DNA of 64,000 bases from Candidatus Nomurabacteria bacterium (GTDB lineage: Bacteria > Patescibacteriota > Saccharimonadia > JAGOAT01), in assembly GCA_020639315.1 (NCBI GenBank), contig JACKGM010000002.1:94321-158320 (forward strand). Direction: 5' to 3'. Shown here piece after piece: positions 1 to 9,030 of this stretch. The notes beneath the pieces were generated by a model. That model did not search any database. It was not told the DNA's origin and worked only from the letters and a program-made list of their open reading frames with translations. Position 1 is the stretch's first letter, and each line of letters begins with the position of its first letter. The translations under genes were made by a program, and so were the position numbers.

Positions 1-639
1 GGCTTTTGACTCAGCTATAGCTTCGACTATGCCTTCTGTTAGTAAGATTGTCATTAGGGAGGTGTAGAATCCTCCTGGACCGAAGACTAGTAAATCGGCA
101 CCTAGGATTGCCTCTCTCGCTCTTGGATTAAGATTAGCAGATGGAGACAGATAAAATTCGGGATTTTTTTGCTTGATGACTGTACCTAAGATATTATCTT
201 CACCACAAATGTCCTGACCATCCCTGACTAGGCAGAGGTTAGTCTGAGTAGTGGTGACAGGGAGTACCCTACCCGTAACATCTAGTATTTCCCCAGCTAC
301 TTTTAAAGCCTGCTCAAAATCTCCAGTCATATCCTCTAAAGCAGCCAGGAATAGGTTACCAAAGTTATGCCCCTTGAAAGTACTACCGCCAAAACGGTAA
401 TTGAATAGTTCTCTGACCAGATCGGAGCGATTTGCTAGCGCTACTAGGTGCTGCCTAGCGTCTCCAGGAGGCAAAGCGCCTAGCTCGTCGCGTAAGACCC
501 CTGTACTACCACCGCTATCAGTCATGTTGACGATTGTCGTGATATTTCTTAAGTATTGCTTGAGGCCAGTAATTACCGTAAATGAGCCAGTACCAGCCCC
601 AATTACTACCGCCTTGACAGATTTATCAATAGTTTGCAT
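1..639 (-). CDS. YvcK/CofD-like (UPF0052, gluconeogenesis factor family) protein, N-terminal part; C-terminus runs off the window
   Basis: Not in the ORF track because no stop lies in the window. Own translation from ATG at 639-637: MQTIDKSVKAVVIGAGTGSFTVITGLKQYLRNITTIVNMTDSGGSTGVLRDELGALPPGDARQHLVALA. This shows the GxGxG plus D-GGS-G-LR...GD-R signature typical of the YvcK family. Confidence 0.7.
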   Translation of the reverse strand, partial: MQTIDKSVKAVVIGAGTGSFTVITGLKQYLRNITTIVNMTDSGGSTGVLRDELGALPPGDARQHLVALANRSDLVRELFNYRFGGSTFKGHNFGNLFLAALEDMTGDFEQALKVAGEILDVTGRVLPVTTTQTNLCLVRDGQDICGEDNILGTVIKQKNPEFYLSPSANLNPRAREAILGADLLVFGPGGFYTSLMTILLTEGIVEAIAESKA

Positions 640-650
640 AGATGTTTATC

Positions 651-1712
651 TTACCTGATAATAGATACCGTGTCAAAGTTCGGTAGGGACTTTGCGCCAA
701 GTATCATGGGGAGCTTATATGTACCATCATTAGGTTGATTCCTCAGTATAAATGCAAGCACATTTAATATATTATGACCTGCATCTGTGCCTAGACTAGA
801 ATGCCCATTACCCCACACCTCGACAACTGGAACTCTTGCACCAAGATTAGTTCGTTTTTTTCCTGATGAGATCGCCTCAGTTAGCTGTCCTATTGGGAAT
901 AATTGATCTTGATTACCACTAACAATACTGACACCTACCCCATGCTTGATTGCGTTAATTATCTCTGGCACTACACTAACATTGGCTAGAGTGGCAAAAG
1001 CATCTGGTACTCGATTTAGTTTTCTCATCTCATAGACTATACTCAGACCTGCTAGAGCTACTTGTGGATCTTTGCGTCCTTTCTTGGCTTCGGTAAGTAA
1101 GGTCTTAAAAAAGCTTTTAGCTAGATTGTTTCTATGCTCTTTCCAGGATCTCTCATGAGCTCTAAATGAAGCTAACCTGGTAGCTAGGTCAAGTGTCCAT
1201 GCCCAATCTTTCCAGGCTTCAGATAAGTAACTTTCTGGCGTAACTGAGGCTGGGGCGAGCAGGATTGCTTTATCGACCTGAGTATGTTGATGACCATTGT
1301 CTTCATTCTGACCGATATTGGCGAGAGGACCAGCAGCAGCCGTAAAGCCACCAAGTGAATGAGCAACTAGGTCATGGGGGGTCTCTAGTATGCCAGTTTC
1401 ATTAGCAACTCTTAGGTATGCTTCTCGATGAGCATTGACAGTCTCTTTATTAATCCCAGAGCCAGCCGCTAGCAAATCAGAATTAAAAGCCACAACCCGC
1501 AATCCAAATCTAGCTAGTTCCACAATTATCCGTCGTTGCAGCCATCCAATCTCACCCACCCCGTGCTCAAACACTACTGTTCTAATATCATCAGGGCTTA
1601 AACCATCTGAGAAACCAACGGGCTTTGCTGTACAGAATTTAATATCTCGACCGTTGGCCTCTACCAAACCCCTTGAAGTACGTACTTCACCTGGATACCA
1701 TAGTTTTTCCAT
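651..1712 (-). CDS. alpha/beta-fold hydrolase (esterase/lipase-like)
   Basis: 353-aa ORF with nucleophile elbow AHSLGG (GxSxG) and a late GNGHS motif. No closer family assignment is possible. Confidence 0.6.
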   Translation of the reverse strand: MEKLWYPGEVRTSRGLVEANGRDIKFCTAKPVGFSDGLSPDDIRTVVFEHGVGEIGWLQRRIIVELARFGLRVVAFNSDLLAAGSGINKETVNAHREAYLRVANETGILETPHDLVAHSLGGFTAAAGPLANIGQNEDNGHQHTQVDKAILLAPASVTPESYLSEAWKDWAWTLDLATRLASFRAHERSWKEHRNNLAKSFFKTLLTEAKKGRKDPQVALAGLSIVYEMRKLNRVPDAFATLANVSVVPEIINAIKHGVGVSIVSGNQDQLFPIGQLTEAISSGKKRTNLGARVPVVEVWGNGHSSLGTDAGHNILNVLAFILRNQPNDGTYKLPMILGAKSLPNFDTVSIIR

Positions 1713-1783
1713 TGTCTCCCTTTTTATATCAGTATTATTTAGAATTATCTGATATTTGTCAAGACTGATGTGATCAAAGAGGC

Positions 1784-2006
1784 TGTCATCCTCCGAAAAT
1801 CCAAAGGATTTTACGGGGGATCCAGTATCCCTGCATTTCCGGGGATTAAATTCAAATACTGGATCTCCGGTATTACTCTAAAGAGTAATCCGAAGATGAC
1901 AGAGGGGGTGGATCTCCCATAATTTCCTACGGAAATTTGGAAGATGACACAAAGGGGGCATTGTCATCCTCCGAAAATCCGAAGGATTTTACGGGGGATC
2001 CAGTAT
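1784..2006. repeat. REP/BIME-like hairpin-unit cluster (4 units, orientations + - - +)
   Basis: Units TGTCATCCTCCGAAAATCC-aaa-GGATTTTACGGGGGATCCAGTAT (1784) and a near copy at 1961. Inverted units of the CTTCGG/CCGGAG and CTTCCA/TGGGAG subtypes lie at 1855-1900 and 1911-1950. Confidence 0.85.
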
Positions 2007-2011
2007 TTATA

Positions 2012-2176
2012 TATAGCAAGCTCAAAACAAAACCGGACAATTTGAGCTGTACTATAGAGAACTAGAAAGGTAGTTCTTCTTAAGAGCCATATCCAAAGAT
2101 ATGGTGAGCAAGAAAACTAGCTTTATAGACTCTAGAGTTGGGTCAAAAGTCTGGTTTTGTTTTTAACTTGCTATAT
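2012..2176 (+). mobile_element. MITE-like long-palindrome element, family 2 (~165 bp)
   Basis: Imperfect ~26-bp terminal inverted repeats, ATAGCAAGCTCAAAACAAAACCGGAC versus GTCTGGTTTTGTTTTTAACTTGCTAT, and a central hairpin CCATATCcaaaGATATGG. Further copies at 5498, 32091, 38269, 50480 and a variant at 16366. Confidence 0.6.
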
Positions 2177-2313
2177 AAGTCAAGCACTCAGTTAAAGTAA
2201 TGGATTACTGATAATTAGAGCTAGTTCAAGACCCCGCCGCTATGCAAGACTGGCTAATCAAGTGGGCAAAAGACAAGGATAAAGAATAATCTACGCCAGA
2301 TAGATCTTTTGAG

Positions 2314-5145
2314 CTAGAGCTGTAGATAGGGTTTGAGATAATGGCCAGTCTGGGATGCTTTGATCTCGGCTACTTGCTCGGGGGTACCTGTAGCAATCAC
2401 TTGCCCACCGTTTTGCCCTCCCTCTGGGCCCAAATCAATCAAATAATCAGCAGACTTGATCACATCTAAATTGTGCTCGATTACTAAAACAGTATTGTTT
2501 TGGTCAACTAAACTCTGTAAAACATCAAGTAGCTTTCTGACATCTTCAAAATGTAATCCTGTAGTAGGTTCATCTAGGACATAGAGAGTATGCCCTCTCT
2601 GACTCTTAGATAGTTCACTGGCTAGTTTAATCCTTTGAGCTTCGCCACCTGACAGAGTAGTAGCTGACTGACCAAGTGTAATATAGTCAAGACCTACTTG
2701 TCTCAAAGTGGCAAGTTTACGCTCAAGAGCAGGGTAGTTGGCAAAGAAATAATATGCCTCCTCAACTGTCATTGATAAAACATCAGCAATCGTATTAGAT
2801 TTGTACTTAATCTCGAGTGTTTCACTACTATAGCGTTTGCCCTGACAAACCTCACAAGCCACATAGACATCAGGCAGGAAATGCATTTCTATCTTAATAA
2901 TCCCATCACCTTTACAAGTTTCACAGCGTCCACCTTTGGTATTGAAGCTAAATCGCCCTGGCCTATATCCTCTCTCTCGGGCTAGAGGCGTTCTAGCAAA
3001 TATCTCTCGGATTTCCGTAAACATCTTGGTATAGGTTGCAGGATTGGAGCGGGGGGTGCGACCAATTGGACTCTGATCGATTGCAATCAATTTATTGATT
3101 TTCTCTAGACCCTTAATCTCTTGATGACTACCTACTGGATGATAAGTAGCATAAAAGTGATTGTGCAAAGCATTGACCAGAGTATCATTGATAAGAGTTG
3201 ACTTACCCGATCCAGATACACCAGTCACAGCTACAAACTTACCCAAGGGTATTTCAACATTGACTGACTTGAGATTGTGTTCACTGGCACCAATAATTTC
3301 AAGCTTACCCATGCTTTTTTTGCGTCTTTTGCTTGGTAGGTTGATCCGTTGAGCTTTACTTAGGTATTGACCAGTCAAAGACTTTGAATTGCTGGCCACT
3401 TCCTTTGGTGTGCCAATCGCTACCACTTGACCGCCATGCTTACCAGCTCCAGGACCAATATCTACTAGGTAGTCACTCGCCCAGATTGTGTCCTCGTCAT
3501 GTTCAACTACTATCACTGTATTGCCAATATCTCTAAGCCTTTTTAGGGTAGTAATCAAACGGTCGTTATCTCTTTGATGCAAACCAATCGAAGGTTCATC
3601 CAGTATATACAACACACCAGTTAATCTTGAACCAATCTGTGTAGCCAATCTAATTCTTTGTGCTTCACCACCAGCCAAAGTATTAGCACTTCGCCCTAGT
3701 TCCAAATAATTCAATCCCACATCACTAAGAAATTCCAACCTGTCAATAATCTCTTTAAGAATTTGTCTGGCAATAATGGCTTCTTGGTCAGACAATTTTA
3801 GACTTTGATAATAATTCAGAGCTATTTCGACTGTCATATCATTGATATCAGCAATAGACTTATCCTGAACAGTAATCGCTAGTACCTCAGGCTTGAGTTT
3901 TCGACCCTTGCAGGCTTGACAGCTCTTTTCCCGCATATATTTGGCTATATCATTACGAATATAATCACTATCTGTCTCTTTATACCTTCTTTCTAGATTA
4001 TTGATTATTCCTTCGTAAGATAAATTATAAACATTACCTGAATTTGTCTTGACAGCTAGCTTGGTCTCAACTCCATAAAACAATGCGTCCAGTTGGTGCT
4101 TGGTCAATTGAGCAATCGGAGTTTGCAAGCTAAAGCCTAGCTGTTCACCCAAGGCTTTAATGGCTTGCATATAGTAGCCTTGAAGATTTAGATTGCGACT
4201 CCAAGGACGAATCGCACCTTGAGAGATTGAAAGCTCAGGATTGGGAATCACAAGCTCGGGGTCAATCTCCTGCTTACTACCAAGTCCTGTACATTCTTGG
4301 CAAGCCCCATGAGGCGAGTTAAAGGAGAATAGTCTAGGCTCGATTTCTGGCAGGCTAAAGTTGTCACCATCAGCACTCATATAATTTTCACTGTACTGTG
4401 TAGTGTCAGCTATGATTTGACCGTTCCGATCCAGCTTGGCTACTCTGATAATGCCTTCTGATATTGCTAGGCCCGACTCTACTGCTTCACTCAGTCTTTG
4501 ATTATTAGATTGATTCAGCTCAAATCGATCAATTATCACTTCGATGGTGTGCTTTTTATTTTTTGCTAAAGTAGGGGCCTCATCGGTGTCGTATATTATC
4601 CCATCGACTCGAACTTTCAAATAACCATCTACTAGGAGTTTGTCAAATATTGCCTGATGTTCTCCTTTGCGATCTCGAACAATAGGGCTAAGAATTGCGA
4701 TCAAAGATTGCTGGTAATCAGACTTGATCAATTCTACTATTTCAGTAGCCGTCTTTTTGGTCAGAGGGTGACCAGTTACTGGGTGGTGGGGGATACCGAT
4801 TCTTGCAAAAATCAATCTTAGATAATCGTAAATCTCAGTGACTGTAGCTACGGTCGAGCGAGGATTGCGAGAGCTAGATTTTTGATCGATTGAGATTGCT
4901 GGTGAAAGTCCATCGATCTGATCAACATCGGGCTTATTCATTAGCCCCAGGAATTGTCTAGCATAGGCCGATAGGCTCTCAACATATCTTCTTTGACCTT
5001 CAGCATACAAAGTATCAAATGCCAAAGTTGATTTACCGGATCCCGAAAGACCAGTAATGGTTATTAACTTGTTTCTTGGTAATTCCAAATCAATGTTTTT
5101 CAAATTGTGCTCTCTAGCACCCTTGATAACAATTTTATCTTGCAT
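2314..5145 (-). CDS. uvrA: excinuclease ABC subunit A
   Basis: 943 aa. Two ABC ATPase modules (GLSGSGKST and GVSGSGKST Walker A, LSGGEAQR signatures twice) and zinc-finger Cys clusters. SD-like GAGGAGAG lies upstream. Confidence 0.95.
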   Translation of the reverse strand: MQDKIVIKGAREHNLKNIDLELPRNKLITITGLSGSGKSTLAFDTLYAEGQRRYVESLSAYARQFLGLMNKPDVDQIDGLSPAISIDQKSSSRNPRSTVATVTEIYDYLRLIFARIGIPHHPVTGHPLTKKTATEIVELIKSDYQQSLIAILSPIVRDRKGEHQAIFDKLLVDGYLKVRVDGIIYDTDEAPTLAKNKKHTIEVIIDRFELNQSNNQRLSEAVESGLAISEGIIRVAKLDRNGQIIADTTQYSENYMSADGDNFSLPEIEPRLFSFNSPHGACQECTGLGSKQEIDPELVIPNPELSISQGAIRPWSRNLNLQGYYMQAIKALGEQLGFSLQTPIAQLTKHQLDALFYGVETKLAVKTNSGNVYNLSYEGIINNLERRYKETDSDYIRNDIAKYMREKSCQACKGRKLKPEVLAITVQDKSIADINDMTVEIALNYYQSLKLSDQEAIIARQILKEIIDRLEFLSDVGLNYLELGRSANTLAGGEAQRIRLATQIGSRLTGVLYILDEPSIGLHQRDNDRLITTLKRLRDIGNTVIVVEHDEDTIWASDYLVDIGPGAGKHGGQVVAIGTPKEVASNSKSLTGQYLSKAQRINLPSKRRKKSMGKLEIIGASEHNLKSVNVEIPLGKFVAVTGVSGSGKSTLINDTLVNALHNHFYATYHPVGSHQEIKGLEKINKLIAIDQSPIGRTPRSNPATYTKMFTEIREIFARTPLARERGYRPGRFSFNTKGGRCETCKGDGIIKIEMHFLPDVYVACEVCQGKRYSSETLEIKYKSNTIADVLSMTVEEAYYFFANYPALERKLATLRQVGLDYITLGQSATTLSGGEAQRIKLASELSKSQRGHTLYVLDEPTTGLHFEDVRKLLDVLQSLVDQNNTVLVIEHNLDVIKSADYLIDLGPEGGQNGGQVIATGTPEQVAEIKASQTGHYLKPYLQL

Positions 5146-5206
5146 GGCTACTCTCCTCTATTCAAACATCTCGTAATACTCTACCGTACAAATACCGATA
5201 TGTCAA

Positions 5207-5369
5207 TAACCCTGTTGCCATATAACCTCACGGCTTCAAAACTGCCATTTTTGCCCCAGACTAGCAAAACACTTCGCAGCGTAACTCCTGTTATGCTTTG
5301 TCGTGTTTTGGTATTCTGGAATAAAAATCATCAGCTTTGACCTCGCAAGTTTATATGGCAACAGGGTTA
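5207..5369 (+). mobile_element. MITE family 1 (163 bp, 19-bp perfect TIR TAACCCTGTTGCCATATAA)
   Basis: Perfect terminal inverted repeats at 5207-5225 and 5351-5369. No coding capacity. Full copies also at 31925-32088 and 49969-50131 in inverted orientation. Confidence 0.7.
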
Positions 5370-5398
5370 ATTTATCTTCCCCGTTTTATCGGTTACAG

Positions 5399-5484
5399 AA
5401 CTCAAATACTGGAGATGACACAAAAGAGGAATTGTCATCCTCCGAAGTTCGGAGAACTTACGGGGGATCCAGCATTTTGCATTT
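5399..5484. repeat. hairpin-unit cluster (1 truncated inverted unit + 1 full unit)
   Basis: AAATACTGGaGATGACA (internally deleted unit) followed by TGTCATCCTCCGAAGTTCggaGAACTTACGGGGGATCCAGCAT. Confidence 0.8.
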
Positions 5485-5497
5485 CTTATGACCAATA

Positions 5498-5661
5498 TAT
5501 AGCAAGTTAAAAACAAAACCAGACTTTTGACCCAACTCTAGAGTCTATCAAGCTAGTTTTCTTACTCACCATATCTATGGATATGGCTCTTAAGAAGAAC
5601 TACCTTTCTAGTTCTCTATAGTACAGCTCAAATTGTCCGGTTTTGTTTTGAGCTTGCTATA
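5498..5661 (-). mobile_element. MITE-like long-palindrome element, family 2
   Basis: Reverse-complement copy of the 2012-2176 element (TATAGCAAGTTAAAAACAAAACCAGAC...GGTTTTGTTTTGAGCTTGCTATA). Confidence 0.6.
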
Positions 5662-5696
5662 ACAAGGTTAATCTATCAGGAAATGCGAAAATCCTA

Positions 5697-5702
5697 TATA
5701 AT
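5697..5702 (+). promoter_or_regulatory. -10 box TATAAT 6 nt upstream of the ATG at 5709 (leaderless-type arrangement)
   Basis: TATAAT-tactct-ATG with no SD sequence. Confidence 0.3.
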
Positions 5703-5708
5703 TACTCT

Positions 5709-6242
5709 ATGCCAATACTAAAAGAAACCCCTGCAAATCCCCTGAGTCAATACAGTAAAATCAAACTTACCCTAGATACCAATCTAAGTCAGATCAGTAA
5801 CCTAAAAGTTTTATTACAGGAAATTGAAAAAACTCCAGATCTACTTGACCGCCTTGAGCTCAAAATCATGATTACCGATACTACTGATTATATGGAGGGG
5901 ACAGGAAGTCAAATAGCTCTCCCTAGCTCCTACAGGAAAAGATTAATTAGTAACCTAAGACCAAGCTTAGGCAAGTTAAACTACCAGATACTTTTTCAGT
6001 CCGATTGGACATTGAGTGTTAATCTAGAGCAATTTTTACCCTTAATCAAACAATACCCCAAATATAGCCTAAATACCCTGTTAAAAGCCTATGACAATAT
6101 TAGCTTGCAAATTGAAGCCGAAGTCTTACTAGATACTCCGAACCTAGCTTATCAGCAATTAACTCAAATCCTTAGTGATTACTTTAGCCTAACCACTCCT
6201 GATTTTTATAGTTACCATGAAATTATCGGACCCAATCACTAA
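5709..6242 (+). CDS. hypothetical protein
   Basis: 177-aa ORF overlapping the recG start by 26 nt. No recognisable motifs. Confidence 0.4.
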   Translation: MPILKETPANPLSQYSKIKLTLDTNLSQISNLKVLLQEIEKTPDLLDRLELKIMITDTTDYMEGTGSQIALPSSYRKRLISNLRPSLGKLNYQILFQSDWTLSVNLEQFLPLIKQYPKYSLNTLLKAYDNISLQIEAEVLLDTPNLAYQQLTQILSDYFSLTTPDFYSYHEIIGPNH

Positions 6243-8247
6243 ACTCCAGGATATAGGCAAAATCAAGCAATCCTACTTTAATCAGGCAGAAATTTATACG
6301 ATTAAAGACCTGGTCGAGTATATTCCCAGAAGTTGGCAAAAAATTCCAACCCTCAAACCAATTATAGAGCTCAGACCTGGTCAAGTCGCTTTTTGCGGGA
6401 CAGTTGAGGAGCTTGAGAGTAGATATAGTCATGGTGGCAAAAAGATCCTGACCGCCACAGTACTGGATAGTTCAGGTTCGATCAAGGTGGTTTGGTTCAA
6501 TATGGAATATCTAGAAAAGTACTTCAAGCCAGATCGAATATATTACTTTCTAGGCCAACTCCAGTATGATAAAGGCTACATATCAGTAACTAACCCTCAC
6601 TATAGTGATAACCCGGGTAAGCTCGATCTAGGTAAACTCAGGCCAGTCTATAAGGCTACCTCTAAACTCAAGTCCAGTATGATTTCAAATGCAGTCAGTC
6701 AGCTGGACTTTGATAGGCTGGACTTCGATAGCGCTATTACAGATCATATTACCAAATCCAGTAATACCACAAACATTAGTCTGACCCAAGCCTTTGAGCT
6801 ATTTCATCGACCGAAAACCCTTGAGCAATTAAGTCTTGCCAAGACTAGACTAGCCTGGGAGGAAGTAATCTGGCTACTTTTGGCAGCTCAATTAACCAAA
6901 GAGGATAATCAGCAATTAAACCAAATTTGCTACAATTGTTCGAGTCAGGATCTTGCAAATTTTATATCTAATCTCAGCTTCAAACTAACAGCCGATCAAT
7001 CCAGAACGATCAAAGAAGTGATAAGTGATTTTCAGGCTAAGTACTTGATGAATCGTCTCTGTCAAGGTGATGTTGGTACTGGCAAAACTATCATCGGGAT
7101 AATTGCAAGCTACGCTATGATTCAAAGTGGCTATCAGGTAGCGATGATTGCACCGACTACAGTGCTTGCAAAACAGCATTATTTAAATGCCAAGCAACAC
7201 TTACCGAACTCAATCAAAATTGCTTTGTTGAGCTCTGAAACTAATGCCAAAGACAAACAAGTCATTTACCAGGATCTAGCTAGTCAAAAACTCGATTTTG
7301 TAATCGGTACTCATGCTATTTTCAACCCAAAATTAAAGTTTAGTAAGCTTGGACTAGTAATACTTGATGAGCAACAACGGTTTGGGGTAGAGCAGAGGTT
7401 GACTCTCAAAAAAATCAGCAAAACTACTCCCCATTATCTGAGCTTGACTGCTACGCCAATCCCAAGATCTTTGTCTTTAACCGTCTTTGCTGATCTAGAT
7501 AATAGTATTTTAAAACAAAAGCCTCTTAGTGGCCAAATGATTGAGACTGAAATCTATGATTATACAATGCGTCGCAAGGTTTTAAAGCAGATCAAGTCTA
7601 GACTTAGCAACAACCAGCAAGCCTACATCGTTTCATCGAGAAGAGTCAACCCTAGCCAAAATAGCCTGAGTGCCAAACAGCTGTTTGAGGAGATTGAATT
7701 CAATAAGCTACTCGGAGATAAGACACTTGGTTACTTGGATGGTAGCCAGCCGGAAGCCAGCAAGCAAGAGACGCTTGCAAGATTTCAGGCAGGCGAGATT
7801 GATGTCTTGGTTGCAACCAGTGTAATTGAAGTCGGAATAGATAATCCTAACGCTACAACAATCATGATTGAATCCGCCAATGACTTTGGTCTATCTAGCT
7901 TGCACCAGCTCAGAGGTCGAGTCGGAAGAGGCAGTCTAGCTTCTAAATGTTTTCTGATCAACACTAGTGATCAAATTGTAGCCAAACAACGCCTGGAAAG
8001 TCTTTCTAAGACTCAAGATGGTTTCAAATTGGCTGAATTGGATCTCAAGCTCAGGGGTCCGGGACAAATTCTCGGCTATGAGCAGACGGGAAAAATAAAC
8101 CTAAAGATTGTCAAAGCTTTTGATACGAAACTGATCTATCAGATCAAAGACGCGATTAAACCCTTTATCAATTCACCAGGCTGGAAGGCAAAAATACCAG
8201 CAGAGGAGTTGCGTAAATTCTATCAATCTGTAGAATACTTAGATTAG
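6217..8247 (+). CDS. recG: ATP-dependent DNA helicase RecG
   Basis: 676 aa with an N-terminal wedge/OB-like region. Helicase motifs GDVGTGKT (I), DEQQRFG (II), TATPIPR and QLRGRVGRG (VI). Confidence 0.85.
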   Translation: MKLSDPITKLQDIGKIKQSYFNQAEIYTIKDLVEYIPRSWQKIPTLKPIIELRPGQVAFCGTVEELESRYSHGGKKILTATVLDSSGSIKVVWFNMEYLEKYFKPDRIYYFLGQLQYDKGYISVTNPHYSDNPGKLDLGKLRPVYKATSKLKSSMISNAVSQLDFDRLDFDSAITDHITKSSNTTNISLTQAFELFHRPKTLEQLSLAKTRLAWEEVIWLLLAAQLTKEDNQQLNQICYNCSSQDLANFISNLSFKLTADQSRTIKEVISDFQAKYLMNRLCQGDVGTGKTIIGIIASYAMIQSGYQVAMIAPTTVLAKQHYLNAKQHLPNSIKIALLSSETNAKDKQVIYQDLASQKLDFVIGTHAIFNPKLKFSKLGLVILDEQQRFGVEQRLTLKKISKTTPHYLSLTATPIPRSLSLTVFADLDNSILKQKPLSGQMIETEIYDYTMRRKVLKQIKSRLSNNQQAYIVSSRRVNPSQNSLSAKQLFEEIEFNKLLGDKTLGYLDGSQPEASKQETLARFQAGEIDVLVATSVIEVGIDNPNATTIMIESANDFGLSSLHQLRGRVGRGSLASKCFLINTSDQIVAKQRLESLSKTQDGFKLAELDLKLRGPGQILGYEQTGKINLKIVKAFDTKLIYQIKDAIKPFINSPGWKAKIPAEELRKFYQSVEYLD

Positions 8248-8252
8248 AGGCT

Positions 8253-9026
8253 ATGAATTCAGGACATATTTCATTTATCACCAAAGGTAAAATTAATTCT
8301 ACCGGCATCCATCAAAAGATGGATCGGATTGCCTATCAAGTTTTTGGTGAGTATGCTGACCGTCACTTAGCGGGCAAAAAGTTCTTCTTTCCTAAGCTTA
8401 GTAAGATTATTTACTTCGAGGGATACAATGGACCAGATGGATTAAAGGTCAAGAAAGGTTCTAGCCCCTATGATAAGCATCATATGTGGGAACCCAAAAA
8501 AGCTGAAGGTCATCTGATGGATTGGATTGAATATCACTATACTGGGCTGGTGAGTGCCCTCAAAAGCAAATATGCACTAGATAGTAGCTTTGAGGCCAGC
8601 TGGCTTGCGCACTATCTCGGCGATATTGTCACTCCAGCTCACCATTACTCCAAAGATATTTTGTATCTGGAAAAAACTACCCAGCATCAGACTCTCAATA
8701 CCAAATTGTCCGAGCAATACCGTGTGACCAAAAACTTTGCCGACCATATTATCTTTGAGTCCGGTATCGCTAGTAGTTTAGTCTTAAGAAAGTTTAATCA
8801 CATCAGGTTTTCTGATCAAATCCTTAATGATATTCAGTCCAAGGGTCTCAAGACTGCAGTCAACAACCTTGCTCTAAAGATTCAAGCTCAAGGCCTGTAT
8901 GACCAATACCTCAAAAAAGGTTGGTCGCCAAAGCTCTATAAGCAAATTCGAAGTCAAGTAGTCGATCAAGGGATTCAGCTAATTGCTGCAGTCTGGTACC
9001 AAGCTGTACTTGACAGCAGAGACTAG
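8253..9026 (+). CDS. hypothetical protein (His-rich motif HYLGDIVTPAHH; possible metal-dependent hydrolase)
   Basis: 257-aa ORF tightly packed between recG and rsmD. Only weak motif evidence. Confidence 0.45.
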   Translation: MNSGHISFITKGKINSTGIHQKMDRIAYQVFGEYADRHLAGKKFFFPKLSKIIYFEGYNGPDGLKVKKGSSPYDKHHMWEPKKAEGHLMDWIEYHYTGLVSALKSKYALDSSFEASWLAHYLGDIVTPAHHYSKDILYLEKTTQHQTLNTKLSEQYRVTKNFADHIIFESGIASSLVLRKFNHIRFSDQILNDIQSKGLKTAVNNLALKIQAQGLYDQYLKKGWSPKLYKQIRSQVVDQGIQLIAAVWYQAVLDSRD

Positions 9027-9030
9027 CTTT

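Noticed and set aside
401-658. ORFs 401-658 (+), 1184-1366 (-) and 1435-1752 (+)
   Set aside because: They are antisense to, or out of frame within, the well-supported YvcK-like and hydrolase genes. They use alternative start codons and have low-complexity translations.
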